Positions 1 through 13,800 of a stretch of DNA of 64,000 nucleotides are shown here, piece after piece. A model generated the notes under the pieces. It did no database searches, was not told the origin of the DNA, and was given only the letters and a program-made list of their open reading frames with translations. Origin of the DNA: a virus; the IMG/VR virus record IMGVR_UViG_3300020197_000008, positions 24,789 through 88,788 of that record. The stretch is one strand, 5' to 3'. The position numbers and the translations under genes are program-made. Numbering within the stretch: position 1 is the stretch's first letter; every line of letters starts with the position of its first letter.

Positions 1-1
1 T

Positions 2-3000
2 CAATCAGCCGGCGGTCTGCCGCCAACAAAACCAATAAAACCTGGATCTAGACCAATACCAGATATTACTTTAGATTTAGATGTAAGCATTGCCAGGTCT
101 GCTGCTTTAGAAAAATTTCTTATACATGGATTTTCTAGAGGATTATCTCCAAAAAAGCGGCAATGATACTATATCTATATCTTTTTACAAAGCATTTGAA
201 GAAAAATACAATCCAGGCACTATAGCAAAAAAGTATAGCTTAGGCTATTATAATACGTTAGAACGGTTTTAGATTATTTAGAGCAATTCTTGCCCCAATA
301 GAAAAACTGTCCACGATAAATGACACATCGTTTACAGATGGATTATTTGAAAAGATGGATGCGGCGGGACTGTTTGACCTGGCTTTTTTTGCCGAAAGAA
401 TACAGACATATGCAAGAAAAAGATTAAAAGATACGATAAATGTTCAAACAAGTGCCGCCAATTTTATAGATGGAACGCAAGACACCGCATGGCTTACAAA
501 ACTAAGTTCGGCTGTGACATCTTTGGCCAGAGATCCAATTCTTTTATCTACCATTTATGAATACTTTCCAAACTTAGCGGTTTTTTTCTTTAACGCCTTA
601 GCAGCTACTGCAGATTATTCAAATAACGGAAAAGGAGGAGGTTCTGAAGATAGGCTGAATGATCCACAAGAAGTCCTAAATGATTTAATGAGTTCTTTTG
701 GTCAGATTGGTGGAGTGAATATTTTTGAAGGCGCGTGGGATTTAATAAATACAGCTAAAAGAATAGAGAAAGCACTTAAGGAATTTCCGACAAGACAAAA
801 CATAAGTCCTGCAGCTCCGGACATATTTCATTTTAGATTAGGGGCGTCTAATTTTTACATTCCGCCAATAAATATTGATATTCAAACTCAATTTAAGGTA
901 ACCAGTTTTGGAGAGGGCGCCATTAGGCAGAAAAATACTCCAAAATTTAACGCAGGCTATAAGCACACCACAATATCCCTTCAATTGTTTTTTCCAAACT
1001 ATGAAGAGATATGGGGAGTCTCAATTGACGAGGCGTCCAAAATTCAACTAAAAGACAACTTTACGATTGACTTTAGTGCCTCAGGAGACAGTGAGGCAAA
1101 AATTGATAAATTCCTGTCATCTTTGAGGGGGTTGGTAGCTTCGTTTAAGTACGCTCCGTTTCTTCCCGTAAGAAATCAATATCTAAACTCAGTGCACGGT
1201 ATAACGGGTGTTTGCTTGCATGATATGACTATATCTACAATACCGAATTATCCTTTTGCATTGGTTGTAAATCTTACCCTGTACAACTTTAATCATAAGC
1301 CATTTCTTCCGATGATTAAAGACTTCAATCAAGCAATACATTGGGGTAAGTTTAGACAGTATATGGGTAAGGCAGCTGGGGCCCTGCACAATTATATAAA
1401 TGAAGAGTTTCTACTTGTGTCCAATCCAGATCAATCAGATAAGTCCGCTTCTGCAATTATGGAAAATGCAGGTACTGGTACCGATCAGCAGGATGGCATG
1501 TCTGACCAGGAAGGATTGTTGGGATACAAAAATGAAGTTTATACAACAAATGTTATCAGGGAGTGGACTAACGGAAGCAACATAACGTTTTATGTTCCAC
1601 AAGAAACCCAAACAAAAATATTTACTCCCGACTTGTATGGATTCGATAAATCAAATGTAAAAGCAATCGACGAATTAGCAAGAATGTCTTGGAGGGGATT
1701 GTTAGCCTCTTTTGGTATAGAGTTTACAGATAACAAAGACAGCTACGGAAGGTCTCTTGATGAAGTCGTTAGTACTTCCGTGGGAAATATGGTTGAATAT
1801 ACGGTAAGGCAAAAGGTTGTCGACAGTATTGACATATTAACTGCCGGCTTGAATCAAAGCGAGTTTCAAAGAAAGGCATATGCGTTCTTAATAGAAAGTT
1901 TTATAAGGCAGAATCCGGTTTTGGATTCTGGGAGAAAGAATTGGTTGAGAAACTTTTCTGACGATTCTAGTGGATACAATGAAAGCGCTCAAATATATCG
2001 CTTTAATGGAGTCCCATTTGCCGCCCAAGAAAGACTAAGGAATATCAAAATATTTTTTAGAGCTAAAGCCTTAAATACTAATTCTTATTTAGATTTTTTG
2101 GTTGACCAAGATTTAAAGAAAAAAATAAGAAATGTAGGATCAGGCTGGGATGAAAAAGAAATTGAAGAACAAAGAAAAATAATTAAAAAAGACTACGGTG
2201 ACGCATATAGCGCCCTGGTGTATAAGAGATTTTTTGAAATGGGACCAATAAGAGAGCTACTTGAGGCAGCCAGAGAAAGGGCAGGAAGCTTCCACCTAAG
2301 GGAATGGGAAGTGCCGATGATTAGAATTGATATTGATCCCTCTTCCGCAATTGTTACTGACGTTTCTGTCAGCATGAAGAACAATGTAGTTCCACTGCAG
2401 ATCCAAATGGCGGATGAACCAACTTACCAGCATATTGGAGGAGGGGATAGTAGCGTCGACATTTCAATGAAGGTTTTTGGAGAAAGCGAGTTGATAAAGT
2501 TAAGAAAAATATTTGATCACATAAATGGATTAGCCAGGTTGGAGCACGCAGCTGGAGTTCTTGGATTCATGGGAATAAAAAATATAATAACAGCATTAGC
2601 TGGTATAAAATATGTTCTTCCTCTTTCTTTTAACGTTTCTACGATACCCAATTTTCCCCATGTTTATGACGTATCTATAAGACTTGTTGATTTTGATATA
2701 TTCCAGCAGAAAAGAGAAAAACTTTCTTCAGATCAACAAAAACAATTAATCGAAGAATTTGGTACTAAAAAAAATCCTTTCTTAAGAATAAAGCAACTAT
2801 GGGGCGCATTTAATGCGTATCCAGATTTTCCTTTAGAACTAAGAAATAAAAGTGGCGAAGTAGTTGGGTCTCTCGATCCAGACTTCTATTTTAGAAGCTT
2901 TAAAATGATTGATGACGATATGAAAAATAGTATTAGTTTAAACAAGGGAAAACTTTCAAGACTTAATATAGGTGAAATAGATTTATATGGACAAACTAAT

Positions 3001-6000
3001 GTTGGCTCCCCCTATGGTGGAATGACATATCAGAATGAGATAATAATACAGAAATTTAAAGATCTTATAAAATTAAATGATCTTTCTGGATTAAAAAAAT
3101 ATGCTAAACAAACTTTGAATTTAAATTCCTCAAAAACCGCCTCGTTTATTATTGAAGCTATGAAAGATGAAAGAAATGAAAGATTCCTTTTAGATTATTT
3201 AGATTCTCTTGATGAAGGTGAATATCCAACAGACTCTGTTGCAAACACCCCAATCAAGGTAGTTACTGGAGAATTAAAAATTGGAGACATAAGATCAAGA
3301 GATCCAGAGGCAGCAGCAAAGCTTCAGCAGGCGCTTTCTGGTAATAGTGATAAATTCGAAGAAGATAAATTTATAAGTTTTGATCCAGACAGCCTAGATG
3401 TTCATGTCATTATACATGCGTTTCCTGCAATAGAAAATCCAAACGATTCAAAAATTCCTGCGATCATGCAATCAGCTGATGGTTTTCAGTTTGGATATAT
3501 TGATAAAACAAACGGTAGATTTTACCTCACCATTGACGACGTTGCGGTTAAGAAAGATGGCTCAATCGACTATGTGGGAATAACCGACATACAAACTCCG
3601 GACAGGGGAACAACAAAAACTTTGACAGGAGTTCCAGGTGCAACCGCGTTGTCTGATTACCAATACGCCTTTGCCTCAAATGACATATCTAAACCACAGT
3701 CAATGCAGGGCAAAAATAACTCAAACTCAATGACAGAACATTGGGAAAAGATGATGATAGACAATAGCTACAGGGATATGTCCGGAAGAATGATTAGAGC
3801 TTTTCCGACCTATATGCTCTGGCTAATTTCCGAAAGAACGTTTGCAGGTACTAAACTTTTTGATAATTTTTACGGTCTACAATCTATAATCGACTTTTCA
3901 ATAGTCTCCTCAGAAGATCTCCTCGGAGACACTCTTGTTTTTAGAGTGTCAAATATGTATTCAAAACTTTCCACAAAAGAGATGACTGCAATATTTAGCG
4001 GTGGAGTTTTGGAACAGGAGTCCGCTCCAGGAACAGAAAAACTATCACTAACAACTGGACTTGAATCCGTTATTAACAGGACATTAAATACCGCAAGAAA
4101 TGCAATCGGACATATGGAGTCTCAATATATAGTAGATATAGAGAACATAAGATTAAAACCAGGAGTTAGAGTACATCTTCGTTGTGGATATGGATCTAAT
4201 CCAAATGCGCTTCATACTGTTTTTAACGGCGTGATAACGGAAGTTGAATTGGGAGAAGTCGTTACTGTTACATGCCAGTCGGACGCAATAGAGCTTAGTC
4301 CCATAGTAAATTCTGTTGACAAAAAAGGTCAAAGTGGAAAGATGGACGGCGGTCTTAATACTGGCCTTTATCTATCAGAACCAAGGGATTTGATGGTTAG
4401 ATTATTAACAATGGGTACATCAAGAACCAGAGAGGCTTTCGCTTATTCGACTAGGGGTCTTATATTTTCTGAAAATAAATTTGGCATAAAACATTTTGGG
4501 TCAATTCTTTATGAGCCCCTTAATGAAATGGAATACAATAAAAATTTAGGATTGAGAAATTCAATTGAAGACTCTTTTGTTTCTATGGCCACTGCAAGCG
4601 GCGATGGTCCAATAAGTTCTGCTGCTGGAATCACCTCAGCGGGTTTGTCTCAGGTTTTTGGTGCGATGAATCCGTTTGGAAATAATATCAATTACTCTGG
4701 CATTTCTATTGGTCCAAATTTTAGAATTCCAACTCTTGGATACATGAGGACGATGTGGTCAAATTTCTCGGCACAAAGAGATATGGAGGTTTTTAAGCGC
4801 AATATTTATCCTGGCAACGGTACTGGTATTGCTCAATTTTTAGGTGGAGATTTAGGCGATGGGTGGGCAAATGTTGTCAGCGTTACTCCGGAAGATAATC
4901 CCAATCCACGTCTTCAGTATCTCGATAGATTAACTGACGCCTCGTGGAATGATCTTCTCAGAAAATACGATCAAGGCAACACTGCGGCACAGGCGGCCAT
5001 TGATATCGCAAACGTTGACAAAGAAACAAAAACAAGGGGCGGCGCAGCAGCTACCGCATTGAGCGGTACTCTTTTTGGCCTAGGTGCATTGGCTGCAGTC
5101 AGCACTGCGGGGCTCATGCTACCTGCGATAGGTGTCGTTAGCGCAGTCTTTGGTGGTGCAACCCTTCTTGGTTCCCTTAGCGGTAGGGGGGGAGCTAACA
5201 TATTCCAGACCCTCGGTCTAGTTAGTACATTAGACGACGACATGCCGGGATTTGACGAAGTTTCATTTAGAGCTCAAACGTATATGAAAACCGTTTGGGA
5301 GACGTTTCAGTTATGTGCACGACTGCTTCCAAATTATATAGTAGCGGTTAGGCCGTTTGAGGATAGGTCTACTGTTTTTTATGGAAAACCCCACTGGTTG
5401 TATACTTCTGGAGTTGTCCCTGTTACAACTGGTTTTCCCTCTGAGGAAAAGGCTGTTTCTCTTGGTTTGAAAACTCCGTCGTACAGAAGTCCCGATGCAG
5501 AATTGATAGATCTACTTAATAAAGTAAATCAATCGTCAAATCCAACTGCAGATTATGATGCCTTTAAGCAGTTGCAAAGTCCATTGATTTCTTTGGAAAA
5601 GATAGCAAAAGATCAAGCCATGGGTTCTGATGTATACGCACCATCCGCTGTTTTAAACGGAAGGGTAATTAATTTATCAGATCCAAAAAGAATGATTCAT
5701 TTCAAAACTGGTGGGCAACAAATAGATATAAATAACCCAAACGTAATCAATCAGGCTGATGCCATTCTTCCGACCTCTAAGGGTTGGGCCACAATTGGAT
5801 ATCACCTTCCAATTTCACCCAATCCAGAAGTAATTGCCGTTGATGTCGAAGAGCTCTCCAAAGCCCACAAGCAAATACTACAACTTCCTTTAAGATTTTC
5901 TTTTCCATATTTTACAGACAGAGTTTCTGGTGCAGCGCTGATAGATTACCCATTTTATTCCATGGCAAAAAATAAAGATTCAAAAGGTCTTACGATAAAA

Positions 6001-9000
6001 GCAGATAGAGATTTTAAATTATTTAAATCAGACCCAAATTACAGGGAGTTAATTGCCTATGAGGCCCAAGTTGTTGGGAGCACTTCTTTGACTTCGGACT
6101 TTAATGATCCATTAGGATATGTCAAATCAAACGATTTTGATTTTACGATAAGTCTTGAGGCGGTTATGTTTTCCCAGGGTCTATCAGAAAAATTGCAAAG
6201 CGCTGTATCAATATTTGATTCTGTAAATTCTGTCAATGATCCAGTAATGAAAAATAGAGTTAGAATGCCCTATCCTTATATAGGGGCGGAACTTCCCCAG
6301 ATTGGTTCCCTCGGGAAAGGAGAAGCTTCTTGGGAATACGAATTTATTGAGACTGTTCAAAATGAAGATAGACTTGAAAAAGCCTCCTATAGAGATTGGG
6401 GTTCCCCCAATACGGCTTTAGAAGAGCAGTTTTATATTGCCATGAAATGGCCATATAAAATAGTCACTGATGAAAATGGTAATCTTGACGAAAAAGATAA
6501 ATTATTTATAAATTTTAAACAAAAATATTTTCCAGGAAGAAACTCTAAAGAATTTGTGGGAACACCAAAAGATTATAAGAAAACAAAAGTTTTAATATAC
6601 AGCCCAATCACTAGAACGGCAGTCGTGTGCAAGCCAGCGTTCTTTTTGTGGGGAGAAAAAAGGGTATCTGGTGGCTACGAATTGAACCCTGATCTGGTAC
6701 CAAAAGATGTGGAGATTTCCGCAGTCGTATCTCCAGATGCCGCATACTTCCTTGGCATGATGCATTTTTCTCCGATTGAATCTCGTGGATCTACTGGAAT
6801 AACTAATAGAAAAGATTTTGGAGATGGACTCTATCAGGAGGCAGCTAAAAAATTATCCGAAGTAGGACTTGCCCCGTTCCCAGTGCCAAGAGAATGTTAC
6901 TATACGTTTGTTGATGATACTGTTCCGCTTGGGGTCGTAACCACTATTTACAATCCAGCCTATGAATTCAAATTAGATAAAGAGGCAACTGAATATTTTG
7001 AGAAATACTCAAATGACGTTCAAGATCATTTAATCCTTGGATTTGGACAATTTGATACGTCAAATTCATCTCAAAAAGCATTGGTTGCGCGACTTGCTTT
7101 GGGTACCATAACAACCGATCCTCGGGTACGGTGGCAGCGCAGATTCTCGAGAGGCCCAAATAGAGGAAACATTGCGCAATCCAAAAATTCTAGCGCCTTA
7201 CGCAGGAATGTATGCAAACCTGGCTCCCGTTGGTGGAATAAACTTATTGTCAGAAAACGATCTTGCCGTAATGTCTGCAAGGGGAGCTAACGTACTTCCA
7301 GACAGCACTAATACAAATGGCTATTTTGATATGGTTCTCGCTAAAGACTACTCAAATCTAGCGAAAGAAAAACTACATGAAATAATGGAAAAAGAAACAT
7401 CGGGTGGCTCTGGTAGAATCAGATTTGCGTCTGTATATGATCCATTGGATGATACCTCCAGGGAGGCAAGAACATATTACTTTGAGGGCGCAAGCGCTGA
7501 GGTAAATGTTATAGCAGGCGACGGAAGAACAGTGGCCGAAGCAAACTCTGTTTGGGATCAATTTAGATATGGATATCACACTAGTGAATCCGTAAAAAAT
7601 ATATTCTTTAATACTTTTGGCCTAGATCCAGATGATGACTCTCCAGTTCCAGAATCAATTATAAGAATAATAAGAAATCAAAAAGCTGGATCTGAAATAT
7701 TTAAAAATTATTCTCAAACAGAAAAAGGTGCCATTGATGAAATGAGTCTTATCCTTGGACAAGACTTTATAAATAATACTCAGGCAAAATATGTTTCCAG
7801 TCCATATGGGCCAATGCCCGTAAGGGACTCTTCTGGTAAAATAATGTCTGCATCAACGGATATTAAAGAGGCAATAGAATACGTAAGAAAACATTTTATC
7901 GATGCTCCGCTAGACGAGCGGAGGATTGATAAATTATTTTAATACTTTAGCTCTTTCAAAATACAGAAAGCTTGGTAGATTCTTTCAAAATAGTTCAAAC
8001 ATTAGTTTGATTCTCGGTTCTTCAACCAAGATTGCGGTTCCCTACGAAATATTTAACAAAAGTGCTGGAGGAAATCTAACGGCAAAACAAATATATTTAT
8101 TGATAGTAGGACTCTTTAGGCAAGTCATGTGGCAGGAAGCTTATGCCAGAGCCTGGCTGGTGCTAAAACCATCTAGAAAAATAGGTGTTGGGTTTGGACC
8201 TATTGGCATAGACGATTGGGATTTTAGAGCAGTGGATAAAATCTTTGCTGCATTCATTGATCCAAATCAGGAAATTGCCTCTAATAAAATTAAATTCTTA
8301 AAACTTTTGGCTGACAATAAAGGAGAGGGAAACAGTTCTTCAAATATAGTTGGGGTATTAAAAAATGCTGTTGAAGGATTTTGGGAGGCAAATGTTGGAC
8401 CGCTTTTCTCGGCTTTAAGTGATGGACTTTCTGGCCTGCAAAATATGTTTAGAATTGCAATGATGCAGCTGGGATATGGTCTTTCTGAATTGGACAACTT
8501 TTCAAAACAAGCAAACGTGTTGAATAAAGTTTTAAACGATTCAATATACTATTCAATGGGAAGACCTGGATCTTTGCTTAGGGCTGTTGATAATCCGTTT
8601 ACCAGAGAGTACGGAGAGCCGGTCGTAGAAGTGCGCGAACCATTTCAAAGAGTTCATTTTATTAATTCTTTTTCTCATATCTTAAAAAATAATATTCAAG
8701 AAACTACAACAAACGTAGCCACTGTGGTTACTGCCGTATCCGATGGAAAGTATCCAGTCTCGGTTGCTTTTGACAAGAGTATTCCCTCAGAAAGACAGAC
8801 CGAAAAAACCATTGAAACAGGACTGTATTTTGATAACCTGTTTGGTTCTGGATTAAGCGGTCTAATACATCCTATTGTAAATCCAATTGAAACAGCTCGA
8901 GCTCGGCGCAAAGGTTCTCCAAGGATCTCCCGATGAGCTAATGTCAAAAAGAGTTGCGTTGGCTCATCTTAAAGAATCTTTAAAAGATATTTATTCTGGA

Positions 9001-10824
9001 GAAATAATTGTCGTAGGAAGACCCGACATAAGACCTCATGACTTAGTTTACTTGGCAGATATATACGAAAGAATGTATGGGATATTTGAAGTTGAACAAG
9101 TTGTTCATCATTTTAATTCCGATATAGGATTAATTACCTCAATAACGCCAAACGCCCTAGTGTCCGTAAATGATCCTGGCCGCTGGTTTATGTCTCAATG
9201 GCTGTATTCTGTTTTTACACTACAAAATATAAGAAACGATACTAGAACGATCATGCAGTCGGTAAGAAACGGAAATACTGGAATATTATCAAATGGTAAT
9301 ATATCCATTGACGGGCTTGCACAAGCGCTAAGGACCCAGATGTTAGGTGGAGTTCAATTCACTCATGGATCTGGCGCTCTCACAACTGACATAATGGCAA
9401 GCTTTAGCGCAGAAAGTCTTTTTGATGCCAGATCACAACTGGAAAATCAGATTAATTCTAATGCCAACGCAAAGGTAAGTCTTACGGGTTTAGCTGCAAT
9501 GTATGCAGCAACAACAGTTGGCTCTGCAACCGTTGGCGCTTTGATTGGTGGTCCTATTTTGGGTGGCGTTGCGGCTGGAATTGCCACAGATATAATGTGG
9601 AAGGGTTGGAAATGGGTTAGAGACAAGGTGCTGGATCAACATGGGTGTTATATAGCATACTTAAATAAAAATGGACAACCAATGGATGCTGGTTTGTCCA
9701 TAAACCAGGGAATGGTTGTGGGTAGATATCATACAAAGAGACTTCTTCCGGGAATTTTTGGAGTGAGGTCCAAGGTTAAGACTCTGGACGGAAGAGATAT
9801 TGTATCGTATAATGAAATGTTTAAAAGTATGGGATATTCCGAAAATCAAATTCAAGATCTCGTCAGATATGCATCGTTGGAGCATGCTTTGGTAAATGCA
9901 GAAATATTAAAATACTCTGGCACTAGCCCAGATAGGGCGGGGTTTAATCAATTTTTTAAAGTTCTATGCAAATTACATGCGGTCATTGACGGAGACGAAA
10001 TAGAAGTTGTGGACCTATTGAATCCAGATGGTAAACCCTTCAAGGTAAGACTTGAGGGAATCATATCTTCAACCATCAATGTATTTCAAGGATATGTTAA
10101 CAACTCTAGTGTTCAGGGCGTTGATTTAAATTCAGCTGGTTCGCAAACAGCAAGATTTATTAACGATAGGTTAAAGGGTGTTCCATTTGTAATAAGAATA
10201 TCGCCAAACGATTCTTCTTCTGTTTCAGTTTATACCGAAGATGATTTTTCTCCAGGATCAAAATTTAACAATCCACGTAGTTATTTGAAGGGTAAATACT
10301 ATGGTCAGTCTGAAGCAGAAAAATCTTTGGGAACTATTTTTTATAGATTAATACCAGAAGATTTAGACAATCTTGTTTTGGAAATAAGAAACTTCTTTGT
10401 GGATAATAAATTTTTATCCAATCAAGATCTAATAGAAAAATTTAGAAACAGCATATATGGTGACTCTTTTCTGCACATAAAATTTGACTCTATATACTCT
10501 TTTGTGTCAAAATTAAATGATAAGAATTATTTCGAGATTTTAGGACCCTCGGATCCTCTAAAAGATATATCAAATGAAAGGATAAAATTGTTTGATAGTT
10601 TTGTAAGTTTTAAAATTTTACAAACGCTATATTCAAAAGCCTCAGAATGGCCTTATATTGGTTGGGATGAGTACTATAATGATGGATTGGCTGCAACTTT
10701 AAACTGGGAATTAGTTTCAAATAATTTGGCTCAAGTATACACCGTTGACCTATTGAGAAGTAGGCCTGCAGAAATAGGTTTAGATGATCAAATACCTCAA
10801 ACTCAATATATACCTCAAAGATAG
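2..10824 (+). CDS. Giant virion protein, putative fused tail-tube-initiator/baseplate-hub protein (5'-truncated, >=3605 aa), joined by five +1 shifts at CGG
   Basis: ORF pieces 2-157, 159-263, 265-7122, 7124-7918, 7920-8903 and 8905-10824 join without stops if the C of in-frame CGG at 158, 264, 7123, 7919 and 8904 is skipped. Hub-like segments (RLKPGVRVHLRCGYGSNPNALHTVFNGVITEV; YSGEIIVVGRPDIRPHDLVYL...GIFEVEQVVHHF) and position upstream of baseplate genes. Function is inferred. Confidence 0.7.
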
Positions 10825-10835
10825 AATTTATTAAA

Positions 10836-13800
10836 ATGGATAGTTTTGAACTAAATATAAATGACTTCGAGGATTCAAGAGCCTTTGTTCAAAAATTGGC
10901 CGAAGGGTACAATCCAAAAGGTAGAGCCAGTCTTGTTACTTCAGGATCCGTTGACAGATACGCCAACGCCACCCTAACAAGCAGGGATATAACTGACATA
11001 ATGGCAGGCGGTGCACTGGGTAGAAATCCCGCAACCCTAATGGATCTACACACCAGATTTTTGCAGTCGTCGCTTCATGGAATATTGAGCGCAGGAGCAA
11101 AGCACGAAAATTTTCAAGTACCGAATCCAGACTATACTGGGACTAAGGGCGAACAAGAAAATCTTTCTGGAACAGACGCTTTTCTTAGAACGATAACTGG
11201 CTCTATAATGGGAACTGGTCTTGCTCCTGCAAAAAACACAAATCCGCTTCTCGAAAGATTGGCCAACGAGTTTAATAATAATAAATCAATTTCTTACGTT
11301 GGTTCGTCAAATATGCCAGTGTTTAAACACAAGCAGATCCAGTATGCAGCAAACCCAGACGCTCCGTCACTTGGGGAAAGAACGGTCGCTATTGTCAATG
11401 ATTTAAATAAATACGAACTGGAAATATATTATCTTAGAGGGGCGGAGCTCAATAAAAGAATTCCATCATCAGGTTTGACAATTGGTTATACTTTTGATAT
11501 ACCAGACGACCTTGGGGATTACGTGTTTCATCAAACAATTTCAAACACGCCAGGTTCAAAAACAGAAGAACGCGTTGACACTGGTCTAATTACTCAAACC
11601 GGAACAAAAGCCCTAATTTCTGCCGCGCTGATAGAGTGTCTTTTGATGTTAACCGATCCAACAAAAGGTACAGCAATAAAGGGTCAATTTAACGTTGACA
11701 AGGCCATACTGGCAAAAAATGAAAGAAGCGATAGGACCGACGAACAGTTAAAAAACAATATTGACCCAAACAACAGCAATGCCATATCCGATCATGTTTT
11801 TGGAAGAGCATTTGACATAGAGGGTGTTGGGAGTTTCACTAATCTTCAAAAATCAAAAGAACACTACGCAGCGGCGTTTGCGTTCCTTCTTGCCAGATTA
11901 TCCACTCTTCCGCAGTCGCTTCTTCCAGACCTCATAATAATAAGTTCGGATGTTGCAAGAGACATAGGAGTTAAAGAGGGATTTGAATCAGCAAATTTTA
12001 TTATTAAAACTCAGTATCCAAGTTTAAAGTATATTAACTTTGAAGGATCTGAACATCACAAGTCCAATATTCATATAAGTTTTGGCCCAAGTAGAGCAGG
12101 AAGATATGTTGGATCACCAGGATGGACCACAAGCGCTGGAAATATAGTTGGTGTTCAACCAGGGGAAACTGCAGTAAACACACCAGAAGTAATTCTTGGG
12201 GCAAAAAACAAAGGATACACAAACTATCTGCTAAGAGGTCGGAGAAAGGCTTTCCGTTCAGGATGTGTACATCCTGCTGCACGAATACGGTCCTTTTTGC
12301 GAATTTACTGCCGCAATACTGGCTGCCATAGCTGTTAGAGAAAGCGGTCTAAATCCTGCGGCATTCAATGGAAAGTGTTCTGAGGGAAAAAGTTCGAATT
12401 CTTGGAATGGAGATTATTCCTATGGTTTGTTCCAGAACAATCTAATATCGTTAATGAGCAAGAAAAACAATGCGTCAACAGGTGTACCAATACACTATGA
12501 TCCTTTGAGTTCTCAAAACCCAGTTAATACGAGTATTCTTGCTCATCAGTTGGCTTACTTGCCAAGCATATCGCAGGGTCTTGAATCTAATGAAGTTGGA
12601 AAAAAAATAGTATCTCTTCAAGACACTGGAAAAGCAGATGTTCATCCTGCTTTATGGTATCCGATAAATCAGGTTTGGTCAGTAATGACGAAGTGGGGAA
12701 GAAAAGATTTTATGAACACCAAACCGCTATGTAGTTCTGGCGGCTTTGCTGCGTGGGGAGACTACGACGTTAGAGACAGTAATGGAGACATGGTTCCCAG
12801 ATCACAGTGTGGTTTTATTTTTCAGGTAAAATTTCAAGACGTAGTTACCGCCTTTATTGGCTCTGGAAGACCTTTGCAAGATTTAGAAGCCTGGGTCAGA
12901 CAAAACCTGCCAGTATACAATCCAAGAACCGCAGAATACATAGATGACTGGATGAGTGGTACGGTATTTCTTTCTCAATTTGATGCAAATGGTAACTTAA
13001 AAGACCTCAGCAAGAGTGCTCCGATTGTAATCGAAAATCCCAACAATCAAGGCTCGGGTCCAGTTGTCACACCAGGTATACACATTCAAGTACCTCCCGA
13101 TAGGCTAGATCCAGTTATTCCAGTTATTACCACGTCTAAACCAGTAACAACAAGTCGTCCTGTTATACCGCCTCCTGACAGATTGGAGCCACCAGTTACG
13201 ACGACCACCACGGCCGCACCAGTTACGACGACCACGGCCGCACCAGGTACGACGACCACGGCTGCACCAGGTACGACGACCACGGCTGCACCAGGTACGA
13301 CGACCACCACCACTACGCTTCCACCAGTTCTAACTACGCCTAAACCAATCATAGTCACCACTACGCGTAGACCCAGCTCTCTACCTCCTGACAGGCTGAC
13401 TCCGGGACACCCCGCCGGAAATACAAATCCCGGTAAACCAGTAATTCCGCCAGTCGTAATTCCCCCAACAAATCCTTGGGATGGGGCTAATCGTATAACA
13501 ACGTCTCGCCCCACCACCACTAAACCAAATACTTCTCCCCCCACCAGCACCCCCACCACCACCACCAGGGCACCAGTCACCACCACCAGGGCGCCAGTCA
13601 CCACCACCAGGGCGCCAGTCACCACCACCGCAAAACCAAAAACGATTAATCCAAAACCAACAGACACCACGTTTCCACCAGTTCTCACTGTTCCGCCTCC
13701 TGTTAAAATAGATCCGGGAGTACAGCCAAAGCCAGGAGAAACCATTACCACCACAAAACCAGTTATACCTCAGCAACCTATTTCGGGTATTATAGATCCT

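Noticed and set aside
13086-13776. Minus-strand ORFs of 222 and 131 aa (Val/Gly-rich)
   Set aside because: Antisense shadows of the Pro/Thr repeat; no RBS or context support.
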